DNA of 8,038 nt. It comes from Amoeboradix gromovi X-113. Its lineage: Eukaryota > Fungi > Sanchytriomycota. The DNA lies in the NCBI GenBank assembly GCA_018985225.1, contig JADGIF010000470.1, positions 1 to 8,038 of the forward strand, read 5' to 3'. Below are positions 6,972 through 8,038 of this stretch, piece by piece. Every line of letters begins with the position of its first letter. The stretch's first letter is position 1. Position numbers and translations under genes: made by a program. The notes under the pieces were generated by a model. It was given only the letters and a program-made list of their open reading frames with translations. It searched no databases and was not told where the DNA came from.

Positions 6972-7012
6972 TAAGTAAATCGGATAAATATAAGTTATTT
7001 ATTAACAGTCTT

Positions 7013-7888
7013 CTAGTTTCCCAACGTATAAAATATCTTGTCCCAGAGAGTGCTGGTAATTCCAAATCCTAAAGCAGGGTTTTTATAATGATGCTTCAAG
7101 TGATAAGACTTTAGAAACAAGAAATAAGAGTTATTCCATTGTAAGTGATGAAGCCAGTAATGAGTCACGTCATAAATTACGTACCCAAGCTTAGTACCGG
7201 CATATAAGCCATAAACATAAGGGAAGGGGATAAAAATTAAAGAGAAGGAAAAGAGTATGGAAGAGTAAATTAGGGTTAGGATTGGTGGCATAACAAGTCG
7301 TAGCGGGTCCATTGGGTGAAGATGGTGAATACCATGGAGCAGATAATGCAAGACAATAAAGTATCCATTGTCAGGAAGATATTTATCGCAGTGGAAAACA
7401 AACCTATGAAGTACATATTCAATAAAGCTCCAGAGCACAATGCCCATCGCAGCCAAGCACAGAGTAAAATAAAAGGAAAAAGGACTTTGAGAGATTGAGA
7501 AAGCAATAACCGGTAGCCATACCAACGGAACCACAAACCAGTAAGTGCGCCCTAGCATTTCCAGTATATTATTTCTAAATAAGCGGACGCTCCTATCCAA
7601 GTGTTGAGGGTTGTGAATTAAATAAAGGTAATTCTTCTTTGAGAGGTTGAAAAGTTGAGGCAAAAGTGGTTCGTTCATATCGACTATATCGTAGTTCACA
7701 TCAATGCCATCGTCTACATTGGATTGCATGTCTTTTAACATTTGTAAAGCAGATTCGCTATGTTGGTATTCCTCGAAAATTTCTTTAATCTCTTGGTCTT
7801 CATATTCATATAACCAGTCCGGACCTCCAGGGTGAACATTGATGAAGTTGCTTACATCAACAGGAATATTTTCATAAAGGACTTTCAT
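7013..7888 (-). CDS. SCS7: Sphingolipid/ceramide fatty acid 2-hydroxylase with an N-terminal cytochrome b5 domain
   Basis: b5 heme motifs HPGG and HSESA. His boxes EYVLHRFVFH, HGIHHLHPMD.LRLVMPP, YDVTHYWLHH and YHLKHHY, and the C-terminal GFGITS.LWD. The start is placed at the ATG at 7888 (291 aa), because the track start at 7900 is a TTG. Confidence 0.95.
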   Translation of the reverse strand: MKVLYENIPVDVSNFINVHPGGPDWLYEYEDQEIKEIFEEYQHSESALQMLKDMQSNVDDGIDVNYDIVDMNEPLLPQLFNLSKKNYLYLIHNPQHLDRSVRLFRNNILEMLGRTYWFVVPLVWLPVIAFSISQSPFSFYFTLCLAAMGIVLWSFIEYVLHRFVFHCDKYLPDNGYFIVLHYLLHGIHHLHPMDPLRLVMPPILTLIYSSILFSFSLIFIPFPYVYGLYAGTKLGYVIYDVTHYWLHHLQWNNSYFLFLKSYHLKHHYKNPALGFGITSTLWDKIFYTLGN

Positions 7889-8011
7889 TTTAGGAAACAA
7901 GGAGTTTGCAAGCGTGAAAAATATTATAAATCAGGCAGATTTTGTGAAAATGGCAATCATGACCCAGAAGCACTCTGCGGGTCTTTGATTAAGCTCATTG
8001 AACTCTTTTAT

Positions 8012-8038
8012 TTAGTCATAATCTTCACGACTGTAAAA
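8012..8038 (-). CDS. Possible 3' end of an upstream gene running off the window (...FYSREDYD*)
   Basis: The frame is open from the window edge to TAA, and AATAAA (8007-8012, minus strand) follows directly, as in other genes here. Only 9 codons are visible. Confidence 0.25.
   Translation of the reverse strand, partial: FYSREDYD

Noticed and set aside
7940-8032. H/ACA snoRNA on the minus strand (hairpin, AAATAA, hairpin, ACA)
   Set aside because: The 5' hairpin is too short, the would-be pocket is self-complementary, and the H box is better explained as a stop codon plus AATAAA of an upstream gene.

Overview
A gene-dense, apparently intron-free, AT-rich eukaryotic window that uses the standard genetic code. 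It looks fungal, and the compact layout suggests an early-diverging or reduced lineage (inference). Six full CDSs are present: a Q50 homeodomain transcription factor (+), a PAN/apple-domain 7TM receptor-like protein with class C GPCR-like features (-), a beta-carbonic anhydrase with a Ser/Pro-rich insert (-), an NDUFA9-family atypical SDR without a presequence (-), IMP dehydrogenase (+) and a cytochrome b5-fused sphingolipid fatty acid 2-hydroxylase, SCS7/FA2H (-). Gaps between genes are 41-189 bp, except a ~1.48 kb gap at 3960-5441. That gap holds a box C/D snoRNA missed by the ORF track (4772-4835, snR66-like guide), a candidate 52-aa smORF, two related palindromes, and uORFs ahead of IMPDH. 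The genes do not form an obvious functional cluster. The most novel-looking items are the PAN-7TM receptor, the minimal snoRNA and the smORF.
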